This document shows, piece after piece, positions 37,633-46,601 of a stretch of 64,000 nt of DNA. Numbering within the stretch: the first letter of the stretch is position 1; each line of letters opens with the position of its first letter. Position numbers and translations under genes: made by a program. The stretch is from an uncultured Gammaproteobacteria bacterium. GTDB lineage: Bacteria; Patescibacteriota; Patescibacteriia; Magasanikbacterales; GWA2-37-8. The stretch spans positions 76,830-140,829 of the forward strand of contig CAZQUL010000001.1 of assembly GCA_964596525.1 (NCBI GenBank), read 5' to 3'. Below the pieces are notes generated by a model. That model did not search any database. It saw only the letters and a list, made by a program, of their open reading frames with translations, and had not been told where the DNA came from.

Positions 37633-38328
37633 TTAGGCGGCAGCCGGAGTTTCGGCAGCCGGGGCAGCGGCGGTAGACGATGGGTTCGACGCTTTGGTAA
37701 CCGTGAGGGTACCTTCACCCATGATCATGACGAGGCCGTTGCGACCACCAGGGATCGCGCCCTTAATGAAGAGTTCGTTGGTTTCGGGATTAACACGGAT
37801 GACTTCAAGATTTTTTACCGTGACACGGTCACCACCCATGCGACCGGCCATGCGCATACCTTTAAAAACGCGCTGTACACCACCAGCGCCGCTTGAACCG
37901 CGGGCGCGGAGGTTGTCTTTATGACCGTGGGAAGCCGGACCACCACCGAAGTGATAGCGTTTGACGACACCGGCAAAACCTTTACCTTTGGAAGTGCCGA
38001 TGACTTCGACAGTATCTCCGGGAGCGAAGGTATTGACCAAAACCATGTCGCCACGCGCAACATCAACTGGTTTCTCGTTGACGAATTCGCGGAGCGCTTC
38101 GGACGGCTTGAGGTCCTTGAGGTGGCCCTGCAGGGGCTGTGAGAGGCGCCACTCTTTCTTTTCGCCGACGCCAAGCTGGATAGCCTGCACGTTCTGCCCG
38201 TCTTTGACGAGCGCGCGGACCTGGACTACCTGACACGGACCAGCAACAACACGCGTGACCGGAACAACGTCGCCGTTTTCCTGGAACACCTGTGTCATAC
38301 CGATTTTCTTTCCCAAAATGCATTTCAT
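37633..38328 (-). CDS. rplC: 50S ribosomal protein L3
   Basis: MKCILGKKIGMTQVF N-terminus. Confidence 0.93.
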   Translation of the reverse strand: MKCILGKKIGMTQVFQENGDVVPVTRVVAGPCQVVQVRALVKDGQNVQAIQLGVGEKKEWRLSQPLQGHLKDLKPSEALREFVNEKPVDVARGDMVLVNTFAPGDTVEVIGTSKGKGFAGVVKRYHFGGGPASHGHKDNLRARGSSGAGGVQRVFKGMRMAGRMGGDRVTVKNLEVIRVNPETNELFIKGAIPGGRNGLVMIMGEGTLTVTKASNPSSTAAAPAAETPAAA

Positions 38329-38376
38329 ACCTTTGGTATGCTTACCAGTGCTTGCCGTGGGGCAAGATGGTGTTTG

Positions 38377-38429
38377 TATAAAAAAACTAGAAGCGTCAAC
38401 GGTGGAGTTTCACCAGCTCGCGCTTCTAG
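38377..38429 (-). terminator. intrinsic terminator/attenuator hairpin in the rplC leader
   Basis: Minus-strand CTAGAAGCG-[25-nt structured loop]-CGCTTCTAG followed by TTTTTTT, about 50 nt upstream of the rplC ATG. Confidence 0.55.
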
Positions 38430-38602
38430 CCTTTCTAACAACTACCCTAAAAACCCTTCTGTTACCGTTAGAATGGCAGTCAAAATTCTCAAAATAACTC
38501 CTTTTTCCGCTCTTTAGATATCTCCTCATGTTTTCTGAGCACACAGATCTTATGAGTCTCTACGTAAAAAGCGTCATGTATTAATTAACCTAACTCCGCG
38601 TG

Positions 38603-38631
38603 ATTATAACAGGCAAAGACGGCTTTGTCAA
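38603..38631 (-). promoter_or_regulatory. consensus sigma70-like promoter TTGACA-N17-TATAAT (minus strand) between rpsJ and rplC
   Basis: Minus-strand TTGACAAAGCCGTCTTTGCCTGTTATAAT, perfect -35 and -10 with 17-nt spacing. Confidence 0.6.
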
Positions 38632-38713
38632 GCCAAGTCTTGAGCGCGGCGGATAGGGCATCGACGGTCGATAACCTACCCCCTGGCTCAAGAACACGTA
38701 ACCAGGGTAGATG

Positions 38714-39064
38714 CTACATTTTAATCTCAACATCAACGCCCGAAGGGAGGTTGAGGCTCATAAGCGCATCGATGCACTTAGGCGAAGCGTTGATGATGTC
38801 GAGAAGGCGCTTGTGGGTGCGCATCTCAAACTGTTCGCGCGCGTCTTTGTGCACGAACGTGGAACGGTTCACCGTGAAGCGGTGCTTTTCGGTGGGCAAG
38901 GGTACCGGACCGATGACTTTGGCCTCATAACGACCGGCGGTCTCGACGATCGTCTTGGTGGCCAAGTCGATGATGCGGTTGTCGTACGCGCGGATTTTGA
39001 TGCGGATACGCGAAACAGCATCCTCCTTTTTGACCTGCTGCGTTGTCGGTTTAACGTTAGACAT
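38714..39064 (-). CDS. rpsJ: 30S ribosomal protein S10
   Basis: S10 signature [14 protein letters not shown]. Confidence 0.93.
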   Translation of the reverse strand: MSNVKPTTQQVKKEDAVSRIRIKIRAYDNRIIDLATKTIVETAGRYEAKVIGPVPLPTEKHRFTVNRSTFVHKDAREQFEMRTHKRLLDIINASPKCIDALMSLNLPSGVDVEIKM

Positions 39065-39157
39065 GTGATTAAAAAACTAAAGAACTTAACAGAATATTTT
39101 GAGAAATATCACATCCCAAACTCAAGAGGCGCAGAAATGCTGCGCCTCAAGCGTTTG

Positions 39158-40351
39158 TTATTTGATGATCTTGGCAACGACACCGGCGCCGACGGTTTTA
39201 CCGCCTTCGCGGATGGCGAATTTCATTTTCTCTTCGAGAGCAACCGGAACGATGAGTTTAACTTTGATGCTGACAGTATCACCCGGCATGACCATTTCCG
39301 TACCGGCCGGAAGCTCGACTTCACCAGTTACGTCGGTCGTGCGGATGTAGAACTGCGGTTTGTAGCCTTTGAAGAACGGCTTGTGGCGACCGCCTTCGTC
39401 TTTGCTCAAGACGTAGACTTCACCCTCAAACTCGGTGTGCGGCTTAACCGAACCGGTTTTGGCCAAAACCATACCGCGTTCGACTTCTTCTTTTTTGGTA
39501 CCGCGCAAGAGGAGACCGGCGTTGTCACCAGCCAAACCTTCTTTGAGCTGTTTGTTGAACATTTCAACACCCGTAATGGTGGTTTTCATGGATTCTTCGC
39601 GCAAACCAACGATTTCGACTTCTTCACCGACTTTAATGACACCGCGCTCAATACGACCAGTAACGACGGTACCACGGCCTTCGATGGAGAAGACGTCTTC
39701 AACCGGCATGAGGAACGCCTGGTCGGTGACGCGGACCGGTTCCGGGATGTATTCATCAACGGCCTTGAGGAGTTCAAGGACGGATTTGGCAGCCGTATCA
39801 TCGCCCGGGTTCTGGAGGGCAGAGAGGGCGGAACCGCGGATGATCGGGGTTTTGTCGCCTGGGTAGCCGTATTTAGTGAGAAGGTCGCGAACTTCGGCCT
39901 CGACGAGGTCGACAAGTTCGGTGTCCGGCACCAAGTCAACTTTGTTAAGGAAGACGACGATGTATTTGACGCCGACCTGGCTGGCGAGGAGGATGTGCTC
40001 GCGGGTCTGCGGCATGGGACCATCGGCGGCGGAAACGACGAGGATGGCACCGTCCATCTGGGCAGCACCGGTGATCATGTTTTTAACGTAGTCGGCGTGG
40101 CCAGGGCAGTCGACGTGCGCGTAGTGGCGGTTGACGGTCTCGTATTCAACGTGCGACGTGGCGATGGTAACGATTTTGGAAGCATCACGCACCGTGCCAC
40201 CTTTGGCGATGTCGGCGTATTCTTTCTTGTTACCCAAACCGCGGGCAGCGGAAACGGCGGTAAGCGCGGCGGTAAGCGTGGTTTTACCGTGGTCGACGTG
40301 ACCGATGGTACCGATATTAACGTGTGGCTTGGAGCGTACAAACTCAGCCAT
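39158..40351 (-). CDS. tuf: elongation factor Tu
   Basis: [10 protein letters not shown] and DCPGHADY G-domain motifs. 397 aa. Confidence 0.97.
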   Translation of the reverse strand: MAEFVRSKPHVNIGTIGHVDHGKTTLTAALTAVSAARGLGNKKEYADIAKGGTVRDASKIVTIATSHVEYETVNRHYAHVDCPGHADYVKNMITGAAQMDGAILVVSAADGPMPQTREHILLASQVGVKYIVVFLNKVDLVPDTELVDLVEAEVRDLLTKYGYPGDKTPIIRGSALSALQNPGDDTAAKSVLELLKAVDEYIPEPVRVTDQAFLMPVEDVFSIEGRGTVVTGRIERGVIKVGEEVEIVGLREESMKTTITGVEMFNKQLKEGLAGDNAGLLLRGTKKEEVERGMVLAKTGSVKPHTEFEGEVYVLSKDEGGRHKPFFKGYKPQFYIRTTDVTGEVELPAGTEMVMPGDTVSIKVKLIVPVALEEKMKFAIREGGKTVGAGVVAKIIK

Positions 40352-40508
40352 AAACGATTGAACTTGGCGGCACTGCAGCGAGTGGTCGTGCAGTTTTATA
40401 CCCAGCCGCGATAAAATAAAGACTAAAAATAGTGTTCACACCTTAGCACAGGAATTTATCCTTGACAAGTGCAAAATTGTGGACAACGAGCGGAGGTGAG
40501 AACGAAAT

Positions 40509-40940
40509 TTACTCAACGGGTTCGAGGTAGAAGCGCTCCTCTTCGGCATCTTCATCCGCCTCTTCATCCGCCTCTTCAAAGAGGGTGGAATCCCAAGCTT
40601 CTTCGGTAGGGCGTTTCGGTGGGGCAGGAGGTTCGGGGCGGCGAGGCGCTACCGGCTTGCGCGGCGGAGCGAACATCTCTTGTCCGTCCCAGGACAATTC
40701 GCTGTCGACATCATCGTCTGAAGACTCCTCGTTTTCTTCGGCATCTTCGTCGGCGCATTCTTCTTTACCATCGCACGGGCAGGAAGCGCATTTCCCGCCG
40801 GACGAACCAGCAGCGAGGCGTTCGTAATCATCGATCTTCATGAGCACAAAGAGCGTATCGGAGTCGGTATCGGGGATAATGATACGATCATTAGTGCGTT
40901 TGACCAACTCCAGAAGGCGCGCGAGATGGGAAAAATTCAT
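40509..40940 (-). CDS. acidic hypothetical protein with CxSCPCDGKEEC motif
   Basis: 143 aa, Asp/Glu-rich C-terminal half with a short GAGGCGGATGAA tandem repeat. Immediately upstream of tuf. Confidence 0.5.
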   Translation of the reverse strand: MNFSHLARLLELVKRTNDRIIIPDTDSDTLFVLMKIDDYERLAAGSSGGKCASCPCDGKEECADEDAEENEESSDDDVDSELSWDGQEMFAPPRKPVAPRRPEPPAPPKRPTEEAWDSTLFEEADEEADEDAEEERFYLEPVE

Positions 40941-41035
40941 ACTCGGACGAATTTAAGATGAGTATGGCGGTACCGTACGGAGTTTGAGGGCGTTTGTCAA
41001 TATGGTGGAACGGCGGAAAAACCATTCACCCTTCT

Positions 41036-41143
41036 GTCATTGCGAGGAAGGAGTTAGACGAGTGACGAAGCAATCCCCCAGTAATTTCAGAGCTCGCTCT
41101 GTTATCAAGGGGATTGCTTCGTCGGGTGCCTCCTCGCAATGAC
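41036..41143. mobile_element. MITE-like repeat, copy B (108 bp)
   Basis: Perfect 12-bp terminal inverted repeats GTCATTGCGAGG / CCTCGCAATGAC plus a nested 15-bp inverted repeat GACGAAGCAATCCCC / GGGGATTGCTTCGTC. Directly abuts the stop of the Nudix gene. Confidence 0.65.
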
Positions 41144-41154
41144 GCGATTTAATC

Positions 41155-41859
41155 TTAAAGGATATTGATGACTTTGAGTGTCCGGTCGGCGAAGCGGTAG
41201 AGTTCGGCCGGGCGGCTGGGGAGTCCGCCGCGTTCTCGGCCGGTGGGTACGACAAGTTTGATGGCGAGAATTTTTTTGCGGAAGTTGCGCTTGTCGAGGG
41301 CATGACCGAGAATGACTTCGTAAAGGGTTTGGAGTTCGGTGAGGGTGAATTCGGGCGGCAGTAGGTTGGCGGCGATGTTGGTGTAGCCGAGTTTGGCGCG
41401 CAAACGTTCAACTGCAACCTGGACCATGTCGGCGTGGTCGTAGGCCAAGGACGGTAACTTGCGGACCGGAAACCAGCAGACTTTGGCCTGGTCGGTGACG
41501 AAATAGCGCTCGCGTGCCTCAAACTCCGGGGCAACGAGGGCAGCGTAGGCAGTGGAGACGACCCGACCGAACGGATCGCGGTCGAGTGCGCTGAATGTAT
41601 AAAGTTGTTCCAGATAGACCCGTGAAAGTCCCGTGCGCTCGAAAAGGTGACGCTTGGCCGCGTCGTCGAGAGTTTCGTCGCCTTTAAGAAGCCCGCCCGG
41701 CAGGGCCCAAGAATCTTCGTAGGGGCGTTTGGACATTTTCATGAGGAGCACTTCGAGGCGGTTATCGCGGACGCTCAAGACAGCGACATCGACAGCCACG
41801 ACTACGTGGCGGTATTTTTGCTTGACAACAGAAGGCATAGGAGAAGGATATAACAGCAC
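41155..41859 (-). CDS. Nudix hydrolase with C-terminal winged-helix domain (NrtR-like)
   Basis: Nudix box GGLLKGDETLDDAAKRHLFERTG. C-terminal FTLTELQTLYEVILG...KRNFRKKI resembles the NrtR wHTH. Confidence 0.6.
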   Translation of the reverse strand: MLLYPSPMPSVVKQKYRHVVVAVDVAVLSVRDNRLEVLLMKMSKRPYEDSWALPGGLLKGDETLDDAAKRHLFERTGLSRVYLEQLYTFSALDRDPFGRVVSTAYAALVAPEFEARERYFVTDQAKVCWFPVRKLPSLAYDHADMVQVAVERLRAKLGYTNIAANLLPPEFTLTELQTLYEVILGHALDKRNFRKKILAIKLVVPTGRERGGLPSRPAELYRFADRTLKVINIL

Positions 41860-41943
41860 TCTGTAGCATAGGCCATCCGGAGCGTTAAGTAAACTAGAAA
41901 TGTTATACTATAAGAATAAAGCGATATACTTTTATCTTTTTTT

Positions 41944-42915
41944 ATGGAAAGAGGCCATCCGGGTTACGCCGAATATATCGTCGAAAAAAAACGCTTCGAC
42001 GAAAAAAATAACGAATACGTTACTGTGGTTGAAGACGAAGCGTACCGCGAACGCCTGCGAGAACTACGGGAACGCAGTGCTACGCTCAACAAAGACGTGC
42101 AAGCAGAGCTTGAGAAAGCAGGCGTACGATCCATTGCGAGCGCGGCGCGCCAGCATAAAGGTGATTTTAACTATCCGCCCATACTTCAGCTTAAGTTTCT
42201 CTTACGGCCGGAATTTTATCCTTCGATCGGCGGCGAAGAAAAATCGGAGAAGACCCGCTACAACGCTTCGGATGATACTATAACGTTCTTTCTGCATCTG
42301 ACCGCGCGTGGTGATGTACAGGAAGTTCGACAGCACCGCGGTTTTAATACCGGACCTGAGATATATGCCACATCAGACGAAATCATTCCTTTTGACGACG
42401 AAACGTCTAATAAGGCAGTGCAGGCGCGGGGTACAATTGGAAAATTTGTGCATAGTGGAGATTATAAAGGGCTCGCTACGTATGTAGCTAACCAGATTAA
42501 TCCGCGCACAATTCCCGAAAAAAGCCTCCGCCATCATATAGTACATTTTTTTGAAAGCGTCTATCGTATTAATTCGCCAGAAGAAGCAGCGGAACTATTT
42601 AAAAACGATCGGATATTCAGCATCCCTGGTTCGCTTATACGCAATATGGTTAAAGCCGCACTCGTTCGTGTCGTGGAGCAAGAAACACGGCGATTCAAGA
42701 GAAATAACACCCCGCTTAAAGAGCAGGAGCACATACTGCGCGGACGGCTGGAACAGGCGACTGAAAAAATTGCCGGTATACCGATAGGAGATAGTTTTAG
42801 CACAAAATCGGCTCACGAATTCGTACCGGATTTTGTGGATTATGCGGGGCGAGCAGTGGCCCAAGGAATCGATCATTTTCGGCGTAGAACGCATGACAGG
42901 AAGGTACTTTCATAA
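41944..42915 (+). CDS. hypothetical protein, 323 aa, in a lower-GC segment
   Basis: Long ORF with A+T-rich codon usage distinct from its neighbours. No recognised motif. Confidence 0.5.
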   Translation: MERGHPGYAEYIVEKKRFDEKNNEYVTVVEDEAYRERLRELRERSATLNKDVQAELEKAGVRSIASAARQHKGDFNYPPILQLKFLLRPEFYPSIGGEEKSEKTRYNASDDTITFFLHLTARGDVQEVRQHRGFNTGPEIYATSDEIIPFDDETSNKAVQARGTIGKFVHSGDYKGLATYVANQINPRTIPEKSLRHHIVHFFESVYRINSPEEAAELFKNDRIFSIPGSLIRNMVKAALVRVVEQETRRFKRNNTPLKEQEHILRGRLEQATEKIAGIPIGDSFSTKSAHEFVPDFVDYAGRAVAQGIDHFRRRTHDRKVLS

Positions 42916-42963
42916 ATGTTTAATCAAAAAACCTGCCGCTCGGCAGGTTTTTTGATTCTCACA

Positions 42964-43734
42964 TTATTTTTTCACTGCGCCTTCGCTGTCCATGAACAGC
43001 TTGATGTCGGAGATGGTGGACATGAATTGGGCCGGGAAAATGATGGTGGAATTTTTCTCGACGCTGATTTCGGACATGGTCTGGAGATTGCGCAGTTGGA
43101 GCGCGATGGGGTGGGCGGCCATGACATCGGCAGTGTCGGCGAGCTTTTGGGCGGAGAGGAATTCGCCTTCGGCCGAGATGATTTTGGCGCGCTTCTCGCG
43201 TTCGGCTTCGGCTTGTTTGGCCATGGCGCGCTGCATGCCTTCGGGGAGTTCGATGTCTTTCATTTCAACGACCGAGACGACGACACCCCAAGATTCGGTG
43301 TGCGCATCGAGGACTTTGGTGATTTCTTGGTTGATGGTTTCGCGTTCGCTTAAAATTTCGTCGAGCTGGAATTTGCCGACGATGTTACGCACCGAGGTCT
43401 GGGCGATCTGGTTGATGGCAGCCATGACGTTTTCGATGGCGACGATGCTTTTGATAGCATCGGTAACGCGGTAATAGGCAACGGCGGATACATCAACCGA
43501 AACGTTATCTTTGGTGATGATCTTTTGGCTCGGTACCGGGAGCGTGATGGTGCGGAAATCGACTTTGCGCATCTGGTCGATGAAGGGGATGATCCAGTTG
43601 AGGCCCGGTTCTTTGACGCCGACGATTTTACCGAGGCGAAAGATGACTCCCTTTTCGTACTGCTGGACGATGCGGATGCCCAAGATGAGAATAGCAAGGG
43701 CAAGGAAAACGATAATAAGAAGAAAGCCGGGCAT
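42964..43734 (-). CDS. SPFH/band-7 (stomatin/prohibitin-like) membrane protein
   Basis: N-terminal TM helix, then [10 protein letters not shown]...[29 protein letters not shown] core. Confidence 0.8.
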   Translation of the reverse strand: MPGFLLIIVFLALAILILGIRIVQQYEKGVIFRLGKIVGVKEPGLNWIIPFIDQMRKVDFRTITLPVPSQKIITKDNVSVDVSAVAYYRVTDAIKSIVAIENVMAAINQIAQTSVRNIVGKFQLDEILSERETINQEITKVLDAHTESWGVVVSVVEMKDIELPEGMQRAMAKQAEAEREKRAKIISAEGEFLSAQKLADTADVMAAHPIALQLRNLQTMSEISVEKNSTIIFPAQFMSTISDIKLFMDSEGAVKK

Positions 43735-43775
43735 ACGGAAAGCTTAGAAGATTGAATGAAAAAATTGAATTACGA

Positions 43776-44354
43776 TTACTTACTGAGCATGCGGAGCGCC
43801 TCGCGGAGTAATTCTTCGCTGGTTTTTCCTTCTATGTCGAGTTCTTCGAATACTGCGCGGATGGTAGCCGCCGGGTAGCCGAGGGCTTCAAGACCATCGA
43901 TAACGTCTTGGGCGGCAGACGATGGTGCGGCGAGGGCAGGACCAGCGGCGGCAGCGGAGAATTTGCCCTGGAGTTCGAGCACCAGGCGTTCGGCGGTTTT
44001 TTTACCAATACCGCTTACGCGCGTCAAGTAAGCGACATTACCTTGGGCGATGGCCTGCATGGTGGAGGCAGCGCTCCCGAGCGCAAGAATGTTGAGCGCG
44101 GTTTTGGGGCCAACGCCGCTGACCGTAATAAGGAGTTCGAAAAGCTGTTTTTCGACGAGACTTGCGAAACCGTAGAGATCAAGAGCGTCTTCTTTGACGA
44201 CAAGATGGGTGGTCAGCGCGAGTTCGTGACCTGGTTTGGCAAGCTCGAGCGCGGCAGGAGTAGCAAAGATACGGTAACCGACGCCGCCCGGAGTGAGGAG
44301 GACGATGGTGTTATGCTCGACAGAATGGACTTGGCCGCTGAGGTGGGCGATCAT
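43776..44354 (-). CDS. ruvA: Holliday junction DNA helicase subunit RuvA
   Basis: MIAHLSGQV...GGVGYRI N-terminal OB domain, HhH motifs (VSGVGPKTA / VSGIGKKTA). Confidence 0.8.
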   Translation of the reverse strand: MIAHLSGQVHSVEHNTIVLLTPGGVGYRIFATPAALELAKPGHELALTTHLVVKEDALDLYGFASLVEKQLFELLITVSGVGPKTALNILALGSAASTMQAIAQGNVAYLTRVSGIGKKTAERLVLELQGKFSAAAAGPALAAPSSAAQDVIDGLEALGYPAATIRAVFEELDIEGKTSEELLREALRMLSK

Positions 44355-44358
44355 ACGA

Positions 44359-45348
44359 TTATTTTTTGGCACGGACTTTGGCCGGACGTTTAGGCAAAGC
44401 GACACGGCTCACGCGAATAAGACCGCCGCAAGCTACGATCTCGATGCCGTTCTTTTCGAGCTCGTCGAGGAAGAGGTTCATACCGAGCGAATCGGAGGCC
44501 ATATGACCGGTAATGATGACGTTCATGCTCGATTCGTTGGCTTTGGTGACACCATCTTCTTTCATATGCATGCCGATAACCGTGGAAAAACCGGCCCGGG
44601 AAAATTCCGGATAGACCTTGGCCGAAGGGTTGGTACCACCGGTCATTTCGACGACGAATTTACCAAGGCGGTGCCGCGGCGAACCGGCAATGATTTTGGG
44701 ACCGGCGCCATGGCGTTTGGCATGCTGATACTCGGGAATTTCCATGAGGATTTTAAGCACGTCGCCGAGCGTTTCGGGCGATTTTTCCTTGATGAGGTCG
44801 GTGAGGAATTTGTCGACCAGATTGTCAGTGATGGTGTGCGTATCAATGAAACTTATAGCGAGGAGCCGGGCAACATCAACGACGCGGTCATAATTGGCCG
44901 GGTGAGTGCTCCGCCCCACTTCGCGCACGCGTTCTTCGATAATTTTTTCGGCGATGTGAATGGGCAGGCCATAGCTTTCATAGACGCCGACGGAGAGCTC
45001 CATGACTTCTTGCAGGTTGGTAAGGCTTTTGCCGTTGGGGTGGTGCGCAATGACAAGATCGATTGGCTTGCCGCGCTCACCGAGCTGTGAAGCAAGGAGG
45101 ATTTCGGTGCCGGAAATATCGATGCCAGCAAGGACACGGCGGACTTCTTTACCCGTATCAACGTGGATGGAACTGTCGGGGTACGGATTAGCAAGCAGCG
45201 CGGTGTCGAAAAATTCCTGATCCGCCGGTTTGAGATCGTCGTATTCTTTGCGCAGGCGATCAAGATATTTTTTGACACCAGAACGGCCGCGCGGGTCAGC
45301 GAGGATAGCGAGTTCAACGGCGCGGCTGAAGATGGCGGAAGTATTCAT
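44359..45348 (-). CDS. NIF3-like dinuclear-metal-centre protein (GTP cyclohydrolase 1 type 2 homolog)
   Basis: DLVIAHHP N-terminal His motif and ITGHMASDSLG C-terminal motif. Confidence 0.6.
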   Translation of the reverse strand: MNTSAIFSRAVELAILADPRGRSGVKKYLDRLRKEYDDLKPADQEFFDTALLANPYPDSSIHVDTGKEVRRVLAGIDISGTEILLASQLGERGKPIDLVIAHHPNGKSLTNLQEVMELSVGVYESYGLPIHIAEKIIEERVREVGRSTHPANYDRVVDVARLLAISFIDTHTITDNLVDKFLTDLIKEKSPETLGDVLKILMEIPEYQHAKRHGAGPKIIAGSPRHRLGKFVVEMTGGTNPSAKVYPEFSRAGFSTVIGMHMKEDGVTKANESSMNVIITGHMASDSLGMNLFLDELEKNGIEIVACGGLIRVSRVALPKRPAKVRAKK

Positions 45349-45490
45349 AAGAAGATGATGGTTTAACTATACCAAAAACAAAAGGAACAACAAGTGAAAA
45401 CAGAACTTGCACACTACTATCCTCCCCTATCTTGACTGAAAGGCGCGACACGGCTAAGCTACCGACGCTTCTCTCAAAAAGCGAGGAACC

Positions 45491-45931
45491 ATGCGTCTCA
45501 ACGCACATGATGCTACAAAAAAATTCAACGAAAGTTACCGTCAAAGCCTCGTTGTTCTGGTGTGCGAACCGATGCCCGGGGTGTGGCGCGGATCGCTGAC
45601 ACTTAGAACAATGCGTACTCATGACGTGCACGGCCTTCCCGTGGCTGACCCGCGATACGAGGTGAAGATCGACCTGAACGGACCGATTGAACGTCTCGGA
45701 CTAAACTACCGCGGCTCCGGACTGATTCGTGATGAAAGCGGCGCCGTGCCGGTGGAATTTCTGATCAGTCTGCACCCCGCAAAGGGATGGATACAAAAGG
45801 GCACTGTTTACCCGGTTGGCGATTTTACCCCCTCCGCACCAGACACTGCCCACCCCTCAATGTGGCAACGAATCCGCGGTTACCTGAGAAGCCCGGAGCG
45901 CTCAAACAACGGATACGACAACCAGCTGTAA
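45491..45931 (+). CDS. hypothetical protein
   Basis: AGCGAGGAAC RBS-like sequence then ATG. Followed by two tandem hairpin terminators. Confidence 0.5.
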   Translation: MRLNAHDATKKFNESYRQSLVVLVCEPMPGVWRGSLTLRTMRTHDVHGLPVADPRYEVKIDLNGPIERLGLNYRGSGLIRDESGAVPVEFLISLHPAKGWIQKGTVYPVGDFTPSAPDTAHPSMWQRIRGYLRSPERSNNGYDNQL

Positions 45932-46005
45932 TCAGCGCACCATGATCCTCCACGCCAGATGTCTGGCTGGAGTCTTTTTTGTTAAGGGAGTTTTTTAATT
46001 ATAGA

Positions 46006-46041
46006 ACACCGCCAGACATGTTGTCTGGCGGTGATATTTTT
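46006..46041 (+). terminator. strong intrinsic terminator
   Basis: CACCGCCAGACA-TGT-TGTCTGGCGGTG (12-bp stem) followed by ATATTTTTT. A weaker related hairpin plus T-run sits at about 45951-45980. Confidence 0.6.
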
Positions 46042-46442
46042 TAACGGGTCGAACGGGTTGGCGTAGGATACATGCGGTCTTGAGCTGGATAGGTACCCTG
46101 GTTCATACCCTGCTCGGGATCTCCGACCATCCCTTTCATCATCGGCTTGCCGTACATCATGGCACGCGGCGCTTCGCACCTACCACCCCAGCCACCCGTG
46201 AAACGACCATCGATCTCACCGATCTTATAGCCGCCGCAGAAAATAACAAAGATAAGCACACCCCAGAAAACCGCCCGGCTGAGCGGGGCACGGATCGATG
46301 TGCCACAGCACCACGTAGTGGGGCCGCACATCTTATCACCATGATGCTGATGCTGGTCAGGCATGCCGGTTTTTTTGTCTTCCATCATAGATACGATGGT
46401 TAAAGATAAAGTGCTAATAAATAGTTTAATAGTATACACCAT
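46041..46442 (-). CDS. small Met/His/Cys-rich membrane protein, hypothetical
   Basis: One TM helix AVFWGVLIFVIFCGGY. HQHHGDKMCG and WCCG motifs suggest metal binding. Start uncertain. Confidence 0.4.
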   Translation of the reverse strand: MVYTIKLFISTLSLTIVSMMEDKKTGMPDQHQHHGDKMCGPTTWCCGTSIRAPLSRAVFWGVLIFVIFCGGYKIGEIDGRFTGGWGGRCEAPRAMMYGKPMMKGMVGDPEQGMNQGTYPAQDRMYPTPTRSTR

Positions 46443-46601
46443 GAAGGCCTTGGTTCACAATCAAAAAGAGAGCAACGTGTCCCGAAAAATATGATTGCAC
46501 CATCTTATCCCCTGGACCGCTTGGAGGTAGCGCTATACCCTCGCTACCGTATCTTAGAGAGGTCGCGACCCTTTCTCCGTTAAATCATTAAGCAAACTCC
46601 T

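Noticed and set aside
38711-40414. A 567-aa + strand ORF.
   Set aside because: It is antisense to tuf and rpsJ, which are unambiguous. This is a classic long antisense ORF in GC-rich coding DNA.
41037-41534. A 165-aa minus-strand ORF overlapping the MITE-like repeat and the Nudix gene.
   Set aside because: It is out of frame with, and overlaps, the well-supported Nudix/NrtR-like CDS. Its 3' part is the inverted-repeat element. It is Pro/Ser/Thr-rich and non-globular.
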